DNA of 64,000 nucleotides from Octopus sinensis (Eukaryota), in the NCBI RefSeq assembly GCF_006345805.1, contig NC_043002.1:84816001-84880000 (forward strand), given 5' to 3'. Numbering within the stretch: the stretch's first letter is position 1; each line of letters opens with the position of its first letter. This document shows, in pieces, positions 37,975 through 49,635 of this stretch. A model generated the notes under the pieces. It was not told the DNA's origin, ran no database searches, and saw nothing but the letters and a program-made list of their open reading frames with translations. A program made the position numbers and the translations under genes.

Positions 37975-38160
37975 AATCATTCTTACCGTTTAGTTGTTTC
38001 AATCATTGGATTACAGCCATGCTGAAGCACAAACTTGAAGGGTTTCGTCGAACAAATCGGTCCCAGTACTGTTTTAAGTCTGGTACTTATGCTATCGATG
38101 TCTTTTGTCGAACCACTATGTTACAAGGACGTGAGCAAACCCACACCAGCCGACATGCGG
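37975..38160 (-). mobile_element. SINE A 3' half, diverged
   Basis: TTGTTTCAATCATTGGATTACAGCCATGCTGAAGCAC...ACCAGCCGACATG. Confidence 0.75.
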
Positions 38161-38191
38161 TGTGAGGGAGAAAAACACAAAACAACATTAC

Positions 38192-38261
<70 letters not shown>

Positions 38262-38455
38262 GGGAGAGTTTACGAAAAAAAACAAAGACGAAGACAGGTG
38301 GTGTACAAAACAACAGATGTATTAGTATAACGCCCAGCAATAGAAAAAGTCTTTTACGTTTCGAGCCTACACTCTTCTACAGAAAGGGACACAGAAAAAA
38401 CAAGGAGAGAAAAAAGGAGAGACAAAAATGTGTGTAGTGGCTAACGATCTATCAT
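38262..38455 (-). mobile_element. Short PLE-type terminal element (family P2) containing a hammerhead-like fold at 38349-38390
   Basis: Homologous to the truncated copy at 62830-62927; minus RNA CUGUAGA-A-GAG-UGUAGG-CUC-GAAA-CG-U-A. Confidence 0.65.
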
Positions 38456-38788
38456 ACCATATATAATAAGTGAAAATTCACAAAAGACATTAAGAGAATT
38501 ATTGTAATCTTTAAGAAAAATTAAAGAAGCACAAAAGAAAAAAAAATAGATATCATTTAAATGTAATAAATTTTTTAAAAATTTACATTGCATAACTGGT
38601 TTTTTCTATTTCTCTTTTGATTTTTCCAAATGCATATAATTATTGTGGTTGCAGTATATAAGGTTCAAGTTTTTGAGACTAAACGGAGAACTGTGCTTAT
38701 ACGCACGCGCGCACACTCACACACGCACACACACACACACGCATGCATGCACACACGCGCACCCCCCATACACACACGCACGCACATA

Positions 38789-38997
38789 TACAAGGGGGAG
38801 TTGAAAATTTCCTGGCTTTAAGAGTATCACGCAAGGCCTGATTGGAGGCTCGGCCTTCTGAGTTCTTTTACAGAGCTTAAAAAACTGAAAGATCGCTGAC
38901 ATAAGTGTGTGATTCTGAGAGGGTAATAGAATCATACTTAACTGATCTTCCTGAATTTTCTTTTACCCAAAGCCAGAAACTTTCCAGCACCCCTTTA
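38789..38997 (+). mobile_element. Mariner-derived MITE, same family as 55223-55414
   Basis: TA-CAAGGGGGAGTTGAAAATTTCCTGGCTTT ... AAAGCCAGAAACTTTCCAGCACCCCT. Confidence 0.8.
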
Positions 38998-39619
38998 AGT
39001 ATATATGTGTGCGTGAGTGTTTCATTTATAATCGAATGCCACGTAGCCTTGTCCACAGTACGTTCTTACATTTATATATCATTTCTGCGACTCCACACTC
39101 TGTTTTCTTATTTTTCCTCTCCATCCTTCTATATCCTCTATATTTTCCGTTTCTTCCCCTCCTTCTTTGCTGTCCTCTTTCCCCATTCCCTACTATCTTT
39201 TGTCTCTTCTCCCTTCTCCTCACTCCCTTTGCTTTTTTCTTCATCCTCTCTTGTTCCCTTTGCCTGTTGCTCACACGTGACTACAGGCCATTTCCTTCGC
39301 CCGGGTCTTTTCTGGAAAAGACGTCCATTGGCCTGGACGCCATTTCTCTCGCATCCCGACATTTTTCTCTTCTATTATTTTCTTCTCTTTATTCTATTTC
39401 CTTTGAAAATTTCTCCCAGGCGTTACCTATTACAATTCGTCTAACGACCCTTAATGTTTGTCTTGTCTTTGTACGTCCACTTTGTTGTTGTTTGTTCTTT
39501 CGACGCCCTAAGTCTCCACAAATTTTAATTTTAAAAAATTCTGGATGCTGCTGTCTTTTGAAGTTTTCCTATCTTGTCATTAAAAGCGCGAAATAGGGAG
39601 TAGTAAAACAAGAGAACCC

Positions 39620-40007
39620 AGTCATGCCTGTCAGACAATTTCTGCGACCACATCACTCCTAGCATCTGGCCACCTAACTCCCCAGACTGCAACTCCTTTC
39701 ATTATTATGCTTGTGGCGCAGTTGAACAAGTGATCCCCCTCCCCCCCCAAAAAACTCCTTGAAACACCAGAGATGAACTGAAGGCAAGGATTATGGCAAC
39801 ATTCAGCAATTTAAACAAGGAGACCGTTCAGAAGATTTGCAGGAGATTTCGAAGTTGAAGCCAATGGCGATTTTATTGAATAAATTTACTCTAGTATTTC
39901 AAGATACGTCTATGTAATTTTGGTAAATATATCTGTTAAAATGAGATGCCAGTGTTATTTTCATTTTTGCTTAATTTAGACGACACTTATTCGCCGCAAC
40001 CTCTGTA
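39620..40007 (+). mobile_element. Tc1/mariner (maT/DD37D-like) 3' fragment with right TIR
   Basis: IWPPNSPDCNSFHYYACGAVEQ...TRDELKARIMATFSNLNKETVQKICRRFRS..EANGDFIE*; ends ACTTATTCGCCGCAACCTCTG-TA. Confidence 0.8.
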
Positions 40008-40019
40008 TGTTGTGTGTAT

Positions 40020-40051
<32 letters not shown>

Positions 40052-40058
40052 GATATAG

Positions 40059-40091
<33 letters not shown>

Positions 40092-40254
40092 TATATATAC
40101 ATAAATTATATATAACATAAATACACACATAATAATATGTGTGTGTATACACACATCTATCTATATATATATATATATATATATACATATGTATATAACA
40201 TACACGCACCCTGTATGTATATATATATATATATATATAATATATATATATATA

Positions 40255-40415
40255 CAACAGTCTTCCACACGGTTTCTGTCGACCAAAACTCAAAACTTCC
40301 CTCGCAAAGCATTGGTCAACCTGGGGCAATAGCTGAAGATACTTACCCAAGGTGTCACTGCGTCGCACTGGATATGATAGTACGGGGTTGCAAGGCGTGC
40401 TTCTCAACCACAGTT
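40255..40415 (-). mobile_element. SINE A 5' fragment, diverged
   Basis: GTTTCTGTCGACCAAA...GATACTTACCCAAGGTGTCACTGCG...CTCAACCACA. Confidence 0.6.
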
Positions 40416-41395
40416 ATGTCATTTGTACGAGATTAGATTTTATTACTGTTCAGTACTTTAAGTAGGATTTTCTTCCGACCCGGTTGTACGAGTAAACAGT
40501 ATTCTACGTTTGCCTCAACCATGTTCTCAATTGCTTCTTGTTACGGGATTGACCTTACCTATTCTCTTTAAGTTAATGCGTTTATAACTGGATTAAGAAC
40601 TTCAGTGTAAACTATTTGTGGGACCCCCGATTTTATCACCCCAGGCGATCACTTAGTTAGCCCTAGTGCTTAGTGATGGCCCTGATTCCATTTCTATCTT
40701 TTCAAACTTTTATTTAAAAGATCGTGGTATTTACTTCTGTGGGGGACATGTAACAATTTGCCATTTTAAGGGGTTAACAGTCCGCTGTTATTATCACCAC
40801 TAAATACATCTAATAGGTCAGAAGAAGGAAATAGACAGCTACTTCATTACACATTACCAGACCAAGGTCCAGAAATCGTAATCATGTTTCGGAATCTGGG
40901 CCTTGTTTCTGATTACCAGTTAGGTTTATGAGCTGGTGTTGATATCCAAAACCTTTTCTAAGGTCACGACGAAGGCCTTATTAGAAAGATGTTTATCTTA
41001 CGAGTTGCCCCAAAACAACAACACAACAACAACCGCAACGACTAGACGATGATGACGACGGGTGGCGATGGAGATGATGGCATATATCTTATACATCACA
41101 AATATCCTCCTCGAATATTCTAAATTATCATCGATAATATACTACCTTACTCCACTACCATCTCTCCATCCTCCTCCAATTCTTCCTCTTCCTATGTTTA
41201 TTTAACATATCCCTCTCCTCTCCTTTGCCTCCTACCCACCCCACATTTGTTACATAGCTCTTCGTCTCGCTTTATTACCTCCATCCCCACATTACTGCAC
41301 CATCTATCTCTCTTTCTCCTTCTCTCTCTGTTTCTCATAGTGTGTTGTGTGTGTATGTAGGTACGTATTATATATATATATACATATATATACAT

Positions 41396-41437
<42 letters not shown>

Positions 41438-41438
41438 T

Positions 41439-41472
<34 letters not shown>

Positions 41473-41704
41473 CATACATATAATATATATATATAGAGAG
41501 AGAGAGATAGATATATACATATATATATACGTAAATACGCACACATACAAATATGCATGCATTGTCTCAACACTTATATACAGGTAGACAATTTCTAATG
41601 CTCTCAAATAACTTTGTCTAGACACATCGTATCTTATGTTGGAGTGTCTCTGATTGCGCCTCCTCCACGTATGTCTCCGTGCTGAAGGAACAACAGAGAG
41701 CGAA

Positions 41705-41748
<44 letters not shown>

Positions 41749-41924
41749 TGTGTGTGTGTGTGTGTTGTCAATATTATCGGTGTCAGCCGTTTGGATCATG
41801 AAAATCATCAGCAGCGGTGATGGGAGTTATGGAGTTGTGGCTTATCTTAACAGATTCTTCGTTCTGATTCACTAGTTTTACAGGTGTTCCGTACATCCAT
41901 AAATATCTCTCCTATTTTTTACTC

Positions 41925-41987
41925 CTCCTCCTCCTCCTCCTCCTCCTCCTACAACTACTTCTACTACTACTACTACCACCACCACCA

Positions 41988-42045
<58 letters not shown>

Positions 42046-42900
42046 CACCACCACCACCACCATCACCACCACTACCACTACTACTACAACTTCGTTTCGT
42101 CCTCTGTTCCTTTCTCGTTCCTCTACTTCACCCCACCACCACTAAAAAAGACCATGTTGTTTTGTCACGTACATCTGTTTCGTTGAAATGCCGCGGCATT
42201 TTCGGGCAACGAAGCCCGTTGCTGGGCGTTTCATATCATAGCCTTTAATTAATTAACTAATCTATTGCCGTCATCGTCATCGTCATCAATGAATCTTAAG
42301 TTGCCGAACCGTTGTTGTCTTAGCTTATACACGTAAATCTTGAGCGAAGATAAAACATTCTCTTGGTCACCTTCAACATCCCACCCGCTTATGCATATAT
42401 TATATTAATAGTAATGTGAGAGAAAGAGAGAGAGTAAGTAGGAGGGTGGGATCTCCTCCTTATGTGTCTGTGTGTGTGTGTGTGTGTGATATTTATTCAT
42501 TGTTTATCATTAATTATTATACAGTACAAACACGTATTGTTCTAGATACAGACTGTTGTCGCGCTGTTTGTTTCTTAAGCGACAAAAACAGTGACAACAC
42601 AGTTGCCGCTATCTACTACCACCACCACTACAACCTCCACCAAAATCAACAACAGCAACAACAACAACAACAACAACACTGCTGCCGCCACCATAACTAC
42701 CACTGGCGTAGCCTCCCCCCCCACCACTAGCGTCACCAACGCCAACATCACCGCCGAAGCCGCCGCCACCGCCACCGCCACCGCCGCCACCACCGCCACC
42801 GCCGCCATCGTCGTCGCCGTCGTCGTTATCATCATCATCATCATTATCGTATTTTCTTCTTCTTCTTCTTCTTCTTCTTCTTCTTCTTCTTCTTCGTCTT
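41925..42900. repeat. Compound (CTC)/(CTA)/(CAC)/(CAA)/(CGC)/(CTT) trinucleotide arrays (41925-42088 and 42600-42900)
   Basis: Directly visible; produces poly-V/H/Q/A/G/R pseudo-ORFs. Confidence 0.9.
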
Positions 42901-42913
42901 CTCAATATACATG

Positions 42914-43568
42914 GTAAGAAGCTTGCTTCTCAACCATATGGTTCTGTGTTTAGTCCCACTGTATGGCATCTTGGGCAAGTATCGTCTATTATAACCTCAG
43001 GCTAACCAAAGCCTTGCAAGTGGTCTTGGTAGACGGAAACTGAAAGAAATCCGACACATATATATATATATACATATACACACTTATATATAGTCAATCC
43101 AAACATGAAAACACAAAGAGAAAACACAACAACGCGAGGACGTGGAACAAATATAGTATTATTGGACGCTCAGGAAAGAAGGAAAGAAGGAGGGTTTAAC
43201 GTTTCGAGCGGAGCTCTTCTTCGGAAACATAGGAGAAGGAAAGATTCAGAGAAGGGAAGACAGAGGGAAAAAATCGCCAACGGTACACACGCGGTCACAT
43301 TTTGAATATATATATTTGTGTGTGTGTGTGTGTGTGTATGCATATATTTCTGTGTTTGTGTCTATCTTTGTTCCCCCACTATCGCATGACAACCAGTATT
43401 GGTGTGTTTACATCCCTGTAACATTGGCGGTTCGGTAAAAGACACCGATAGAATAAGTACCAGGCTTACAAGGAATAAATCCAGGGGTCGATTTCTTCGA
43501 CTAAAAGACGGTGCTCCAGCATGGCTACAGTCAAAATGACTGAAACAAATTAAAGAATAAAAGAATAA
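42914..43568 (+). mobile_element. SINE A interrupted in its central microsatellite by a PLE-type element
   Basis: 5' half 42914-43056, 3' half 43345-43568, insertion 43095-43305 between (TA)n runs. Confidence 0.85.
43095..43305 (-). mobile_element. Short PLE-type terminal element (family P1) with hammerhead-like fold at 43194-43228
   Basis: Homologous to 62600-62765; minus RNA GUUU-CCGAAGA-A-GAGC-UCC-GCUC-GAAA-CG-U-U-AAAC. Confidence 0.7.
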
Positions 43569-43579
43569 TGGCACTGAAC

Positions 43580-43830
43580 CGAGGAATTCAAAAGATAGTG
43601 CTCATGGGAACTGCTCATATCCTACGCAAAATACTTTCTATATAATCTCAAGTTTTAAAACAAACATAATTTTCGTTTTTTTTAGACATTCACTAGTACA
43701 ACACTAAATACAAAACCACATATATGGCACACTAGGCATAACAACAACACGAACTTCCAACCTGTTGTCTCTTGAGGTCTCTGGGTGAGACTTGGAGCCA
43801 ACTTGTACAAATATAAAGCAAAAGTCAAAC

Positions 43831-43884
<54 letters not shown>

Positions 43885-44162
43885 CAACCAGAATGTGGAA
43901 TCTGAAAGCAGAAACAATTCCTATCATAGTAGGTGCATTAGGCATGATAAAAAATATTCAGACAAATACATAACAAAAACACCAGGACTTACAAACACAT
44001 ATAACATACAGAAAATTGCACTACTAGGCACTGCACACATCCTACGCAGAACACTTTCCATACAATAACCATCAGAGCATCACAGCAAATCACAGCACAT
44101 ACCCAAGGCACATAGAGCTGCGCTCGGTAGTGAAGTGAAAGCACACTATAAAAATAAAACTA

Positions 44163-44220
<58 letters not shown>

Positions 44221-44226
44221 TAATAA

Positions 44227-44227
<1 letters not shown>
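43580..44227 (+). mobile_element. Two stacked 3' fragments of R4/Dong-like RLE LINEs, each ending in (AAT)n
   Basis: IQKIVLMGTAHILRKILSI* (stop 43643-43645) and TRMWNLKAETIPIIVGALGMIK...IQKIALLGTAHILRRTLSIQ* (stop 44066-44068); (AAT)n at 43833-43879 and 44166-44227. Confidence 0.88.
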
Positions 44228-44257
<30 letters not shown>

Positions 44258-44364
44258 AGCAGTTTCTTTTATTGTCACAGGAGCATTAGTTAAAAATATC
44301 TTTCACGTACAGTACAATAGACGTTAAAAACGTGTGTTAGAAGCATGTGAAACTAGATAAAGGT

Positions 44365-44510
44365 ATGTATGTAAATTTATTTCAGTTTATTTCAATATTT
44401 CTTGCCAATAGGGAAAGTACTGGTTTCCAACCTAGATTCAAGGTTCCTTCATTGGAATTTCAGCATCAACAACAGGTTATTTTTCCTATGTATGTATGTA
44501 TGTATGTATG

Positions 44511-44541
<31 letters not shown>

Positions 44542-44935
44542 GTGTGTGTGTGCGTGTGTGTTTGTATGTATGTATGAACGTGTGTGTGTGTGTGTATGTA
44601 TGTATGCATGTGCAATTTTGTATGTTTTATGTTTGTATTCTCATGCATATAGTTGCATGTCTAGACATGCTCATATATATTTAAATGATAAACTTCTGGA
44701 AGGTTTTTACTGTAGTCTTCGAATTAGCTTTCTCCTTTTTGGTTTTGAGAAGCCTAATTTCTCAAGATTAGTATTTAGGTTGTGTGCTATATATCCCAGG
44801 GCCCCAATAGTTACAGATATAAATCTGAACTTGTAATCTGGATGAGCAACTGCAAATTTCTCAATAGTTCAGCATAGGTGGTCTCTTTTCCGCTGATCTT
44901 CAGCTTTATGTTAACATCCGCTTGACAGCTAAGTA
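44365..44935 (-). mobile_element. RLE LINE family F 3' fragment with internal (ACAT)n and the ~110-bp terminal module
   Basis: SCQADVNIKLKISGKETTYAELLRNLQLL / HPDYKFRFISVTIGALGYIAHNL...KRRKLIRRLQ; same order of modules as 7122-7495. Confidence 0.8.
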
Positions 44936-45011
44936 TGTATGTATGTATGTATGTATGTATGTATGTATGTATGTATGTATGTATGTATGTATGTATGTAT
45001 GTATGTATATA

Positions 45012-45405
45012 TGTCAAAGGGCGGAGGAATTCTTGAGAGTCAACGGCCATCCAATAAATGTCTTAAGGCTGTATCATGCGCGGGGACATAGAAATAATTG
45101 AACTGAACCATTGGTTAAACCATTGGAAGTGGAGGACCCCTAGCCTTTGTTGGGGCATCCTTCTAGGAGAAGGTAACTCAGGTAACTGGGATAACTCCGA
45201 CATAAAACCTGCGGCTCAGTGGTTACCGATGATGTTGACTTGTTCTTCTTTTCGGATTATGACTGCTGTTGCTTAGTGAGTGGGATTGACTCAGTGCACA
45301 GCCTTTCCTCACTTAAAAAAAAATCTTCTTGCACAGGCGTTGCACGATAACAACATTGATTAAGCTTCATGCAATGGCCATACTCGATAATGAGGGGCAG
45401 CCACC
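45012..45405. mobile_element. ~395-bp non-coding segment bounded by (TATG)n on both sides
   Basis: (TATG)n at 44933-45008 and 45406-45464; single copy in this window, so the repeat nature is inferred. Confidence 0.45.
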
Positions 45406-45699
45406 ATGTATGTTTGTATGTATGTATGTATGTATGTATGTATGTATGTATGTATGTATGTATGTCAGACGTAGCAATATCTATGATCCGTCATACTGTC
45501 TCCCAGTCATGATAAAACCGGGTTTAAGATATCTGTTTACATGATCAGTTTGTACAGAGAAATACCGCAAAATCTTAAATCATTCATTTTTAATAATGCT
45601 TTTTATCAACTTTGAATCAAAATTTCCTACTTATATATATACGTATATCGTGTTTTGAATTCTATAATGGCTTCGTTTGCATTTTTTGTACCATTTAGT

Positions 45700-46760
45700 T
45701 TAAAGTTATTCATTTCGTGGCAGTTTTATATTCTTTGTCATACATCCAACACTTACTGTTTTTGATTTTGGTTTTCTATATTGGGCTTCATATAATTTTT
45801 TATAGTTTGTTCTTATATAGCTATGATCATGGTTTCTGCAACTCTCTTCAGTTTTTCATCACTCAATTAAGCCCATTGTTTTTATCCTACAAAATATCAT
45901 CTGCGTGCCAGTCAAATTAATCAGATAACACTTTTTACTGTTCTCTTGTTCCATTGCTTCCTTTTATCTCTTTTGTTCGTCATTATCTTTTTCTTTGTTT
46001 TTGTATCTGGTTTGCAAGATTCTTTATGTGAATTCGTGCGTTGAAGCAAATTTTGTTGTGTCTGGGGATAGTCATATTGCCTTAATATCTAGCACATTCA
46101 CCGGTTCAATTTTCACACGTTTATTATCTATATTTTTTCTTTTACAAAATTTTCGTTGCTTTTGCAACCTTGTCAACGGATATTCATTGACAAGGTTGGA
46201 AAAGAAGCGAACATTTTGGAAAAGAAAAAAATATAAATAATAAACGAATGGAAATTGAACTGGTGCGTGTGTTAGATATTAAGGCAGTATGACTCTCCGT
46301 AGACACAACAAAATCTTTCTTTTCTTTTTCTCAATTCTTTCTCTCTGTACTTGCTTTGATTTTCCTGTCCGTAAATATAATGATTTTCATTACTTTTCTT
46401 AATCTACTACTCACCATTCAACATTTTCCAAGTTTTCTATAGTCTTTTGCATCGAGTAGGCATCTGCCACCTCTCTTTGTTTTCCTTATATTCATACTGC
46501 TAGCAGTGCTTCGATGATGAAACTGATTCTACATTGCGAATAACACTCTGGTGTATTTGTTTTCAAACAATTCAATTTTATCAACCGAAATATTTGTATC
46601 CCTCAACTGTTTATTATGGTATTCCAACCATTTAATTATGTTTCAATAATCTATCCAACCCTTCTTTTGAATTCCTTTCTGTTCCTATCTTTTATTCTCT
46701 TCCGTTTCACTCTCATTTTCCTGTATGGAACCCGAATATTTTTAGCCTTCATTTTGTTCA
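45700..46760 (-). mobile_element. Heavily degraded R4/Dong-like LINE (post-RT region), interrupted by a foldback
   Basis: IIKW..KQLRDTNISVDK...KYTRVLFAM*NQFHHRS..MNIRKTKRGGR.L (46330-46760) and KQWA*LSDEKLKRVAETMIIAI*EQTIKNYMK..I...KCWM (45700-45950). Confidence 0.6.
46050..46314. repeat. 265-bp imperfect foldback (about 127-bp arms, 10-nt loop)
   Basis: ATTTTGTTGTGTCT...CAACCTTGTCAA cggatattca TTGACAAGGTTG...AGACACAACAAAAT. Confidence 0.9.
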
Positions 46761-46957
46761 TAGTCAACTGAAATTACGCAAGGTAGTTGTATAATTTAAA
46801 TCAGCAACCAATTAGTTGTAAGCCTTAAGAAATAAACAAATGTGTTTCTTGCTTATTGTGGCCATCTACTAGGAAGTGAGAGACTTTATTCCTATCTTTC
46901 AAGAAATAGAATTCATCTGTCAATACCAAACTACACCCTGAAATCAATCCTAAAATT

Positions 46958-47066
46958 GCCAGCAGAGTTAATCAAAAATTCATCTCTTTCCCTCGATTTT
47001 AGAGAAGCGTTTGAGTATAAGTTGGTTGATTCCTTCATTACGTTCGGCTTAGTAGTACTTCTATTG
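46958..47066. repeat. Interspersed repeat, second copy at 49633-49742
   Basis: CCAGCAGAGTT..TCGAT.TTAGAGAA.CGTTTGAG.ATAA.TTGGTTGATTCCTTCATTACGT shared by both copies. Confidence 0.8.
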
Positions 47067-47125
47067 CCTCTTTCCTGATATATCATTAAATGATCGCAGA
47101 ATTAACAAAGAAAAGTGAGTATATA

Positions 47126-47540
47126 GGCGCAGGAGTGGCTGTGTGGTAAGTAGCTTGCTAACCAACCACATGGTGCCGGGTTCAGTCCCACTGCGTGGCA
47201 TCTTGGGCAAGTGTCTTCTGCTATAGCCCCGGGCCGACCAATGCCTTGTGAGTGGATTTGGTAGACGGAAACTGAAAGAAGCCTGTCGTATATATGTATA
47301 TATATATAAGTGTGTGTGTATATGTTTGTGTGTCTGTGTTTGTCCCCCTAGCATTGCTTGACAACCGATGCTGGTGTGTTTACATCCCCGTCACTTAGCG
47401 GTTCGGCAAAAGAGACTGATAGAATAAGTACTTGGCTTACAAAAGAATAAGTCCCGGGGTTGATTTGCTCGACTAAAGGCGGTGCTCCAGCATGGCCGCA
47501 GTCAAATGACTGAAACAAGTAAAAGGAAAAAAGGAAAAAA
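47126..47540 (+). mobile_element. SINE family A, full length
   Basis: A box TGGCTGTGTGG (47136-47146), B box GTTCAGTCC (47180-47188), TTGGGCAAGTGTC core, internal (TA)/(TG), AAAAGG tail. Confidence 0.95.
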
Positions 47541-48629
47541 ATATATATATTTAATATTTGAAAAACACATATTCTTATCTGAATTATATGTACTTTCAAC
47601 CAGAGATGCTAGAATTCATGACAACTCACCTTACAAAACTGTTTCATGCTCACCTCAATAAAATTTCATGTCTTATATGGATCCCAAATATTTTCAGGTA
47701 CTTTGGAATCTCAGACTGGACGATTATATCATGGTTTTCGGTAGTAAATTCATCCAATGCGAGCTATAGCCATGTGATTAACATGCTTGCTCCGAAATGA
47801 TGTGGTCTATGGTTCGATCCCCCTACCTGTACAGCACTTTGAGACAACTAGTTGGAAGAGTGAGCAGAATTTGGTAAATGAACATTGTGTGCTGCACTGC
47901 CTGAGAAACCGTTCTTGTTTGAGGGTGATAGTCAAACTTCATCGCTCTCAAGTATCTGTGACGAAGTCCACTTAGTTGCAAGCATCTGGGGCCTGGTTTC
48001 TGGTCTGAGGTAATTTCACATCTTTCTTGTCTCTATTTCAGGGTCTTTGAAATATTGTCGTGGATGTTGCCTTTCTTCCTTTAAATGAGCCCTCAAAAAT
48101 ATGATTTTACTGCGAGTTGAGATAAAATCTCTCAACGTGATGGAGATCACAAAATGAATAGTGCATTACATCTTTCTATAGAATTAATGTATCTTCTTAT
48201 GAAATATTCGATATTGTTGTAACTTTAGGGACTTTATATTTTTGCTTCATTAATTATAGTAATATATTGTAATTCATAATAACTAATAGATTGTGATGCG
48301 GCTTTTTACTGTGATGCGGCTTTTTACATCGCAGTACAATGGCAAGCAAATCACATTTGTGCTAATGATATCGACAGGGAAAATTATACTGATGCTGATG
48401 TAGGGATGGTTGTTTTTGTTTAAGCTCTACCTTTAGACGAGTAGATCTATAGTCGAAAACGTTCCAGTCGTGACCATCTAACCTATTTGTATATGCAGGA
48501 CTACATTGTTCAATAGATTTTTTTTTAAATAAAAAAACAATCGGATAGGAGGATTGGTTTGAGAGAGATTTGGCTATCGTCCCTAGCAGATCTGAAGTAT
48601 CTGATGAGGACCACGATCGGACAAAGGAT

Positions 48630-48890
48630 GGGGATAATGATAATTATAATTATGGTGAAGATAATGACGATGATGACGACGACGACGAAGACGACGACGA
48701 TGATGACGATGACGATAACGACGACAACGAGGATGATAATGACGACGACGAGTATGATGATGTAGGTGAAAATGAGAATGAAGATGATATGCACGATGAC
48801 GACGATGACGACGATGACGATGAAGACAACGACGATGATGATCACGATGATAATGATAATGATGACGATGATGGTAACGGTGATGATTTT
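48630..48890. repeat. Degenerate (GAT)/(GAC) array
   Basis: Visible; source of the poly-Asp pseudo-ORF 48570-48935. Confidence 0.9.
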
Positions 48891-49402
48891 GACTATTACA
48901 GGCCCTATTATATCAGTACAACAACCAGTAGTTAAGTTTTTCTTTACCATGCCAACAGTACATACTATTGATCTGGGGTCATTTCAGTGTATTCTAATAT
49001 TTCAGCTGTTTTCCTCTGTCTCATTTAAAGATGTCTTCTTTTATTAATATCGCCTTTAGGTGCGCAGAGTTTCGGCAGGCGCTCTTCTTGTATCTTTAAG
49101 GAAACCCGCTGCTGTTGTTAGTCAGCCAGGAAGCTAGTGTGTACAGTGAACAATACAACAGGTGCCTCGATTTGTCAAACATGTCACAGAATGTCAACTT
49201 TGAGAAATAAATATTTAATAAGAAAATTATTATTATCGTTGTTATTAAAATCCACCTCCTCCGCCGCCGCTCCCGCCGCCCCCCACCACCATCACCAATA
49301 TCGCCACCACAACCACCACCAACACCACATCTCCCAACACCATCACCATCACCAGCACAACAAAAAAAAACATGCTATGTAACGAAATAGATTACTACTA
49401 GA

Positions 49403-49440
<38 letters not shown>

Positions 49441-49555
49441 AACAAATACTGCTGCTGCTGCTACCATTTGTTAAAAGAAATTATTTAGTTGTTTGCTAAA
49501 TTGACAGAAATATGAAGGAAGGGTTATAATTCGTGTTTGTGTGAGTGTGTGTGTC

Positions 49556-49635
<80 letters not shown>

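Noticed and set aside
45012-45060. Possible HDV-like ribozyme at the start of the (TATG)n-bounded segment
   Set aside because: Only a weak GGGCGG/CCATCC pairing; the nested double pseudoknot could not be built by eye
49040-49110. Degenerate TTAAAGA...GCCGAAAC on the minus strand
   Set aside because: Too many core and helix mismatches; at best a dead PLE-terminal remnant
49137-49200. CTVNNTTGASICQTC, matching the C-x3-N-x6-C-x2-C half of a RanBP2-type zinc finger
   Set aside because: The W-x-C-x2 half is absent, there is an in-frame stop at 49119-49121, the nearest good acceptor (49059) does not lead into this frame, and the minus strand looks like a PLE-type terminus; probably chance
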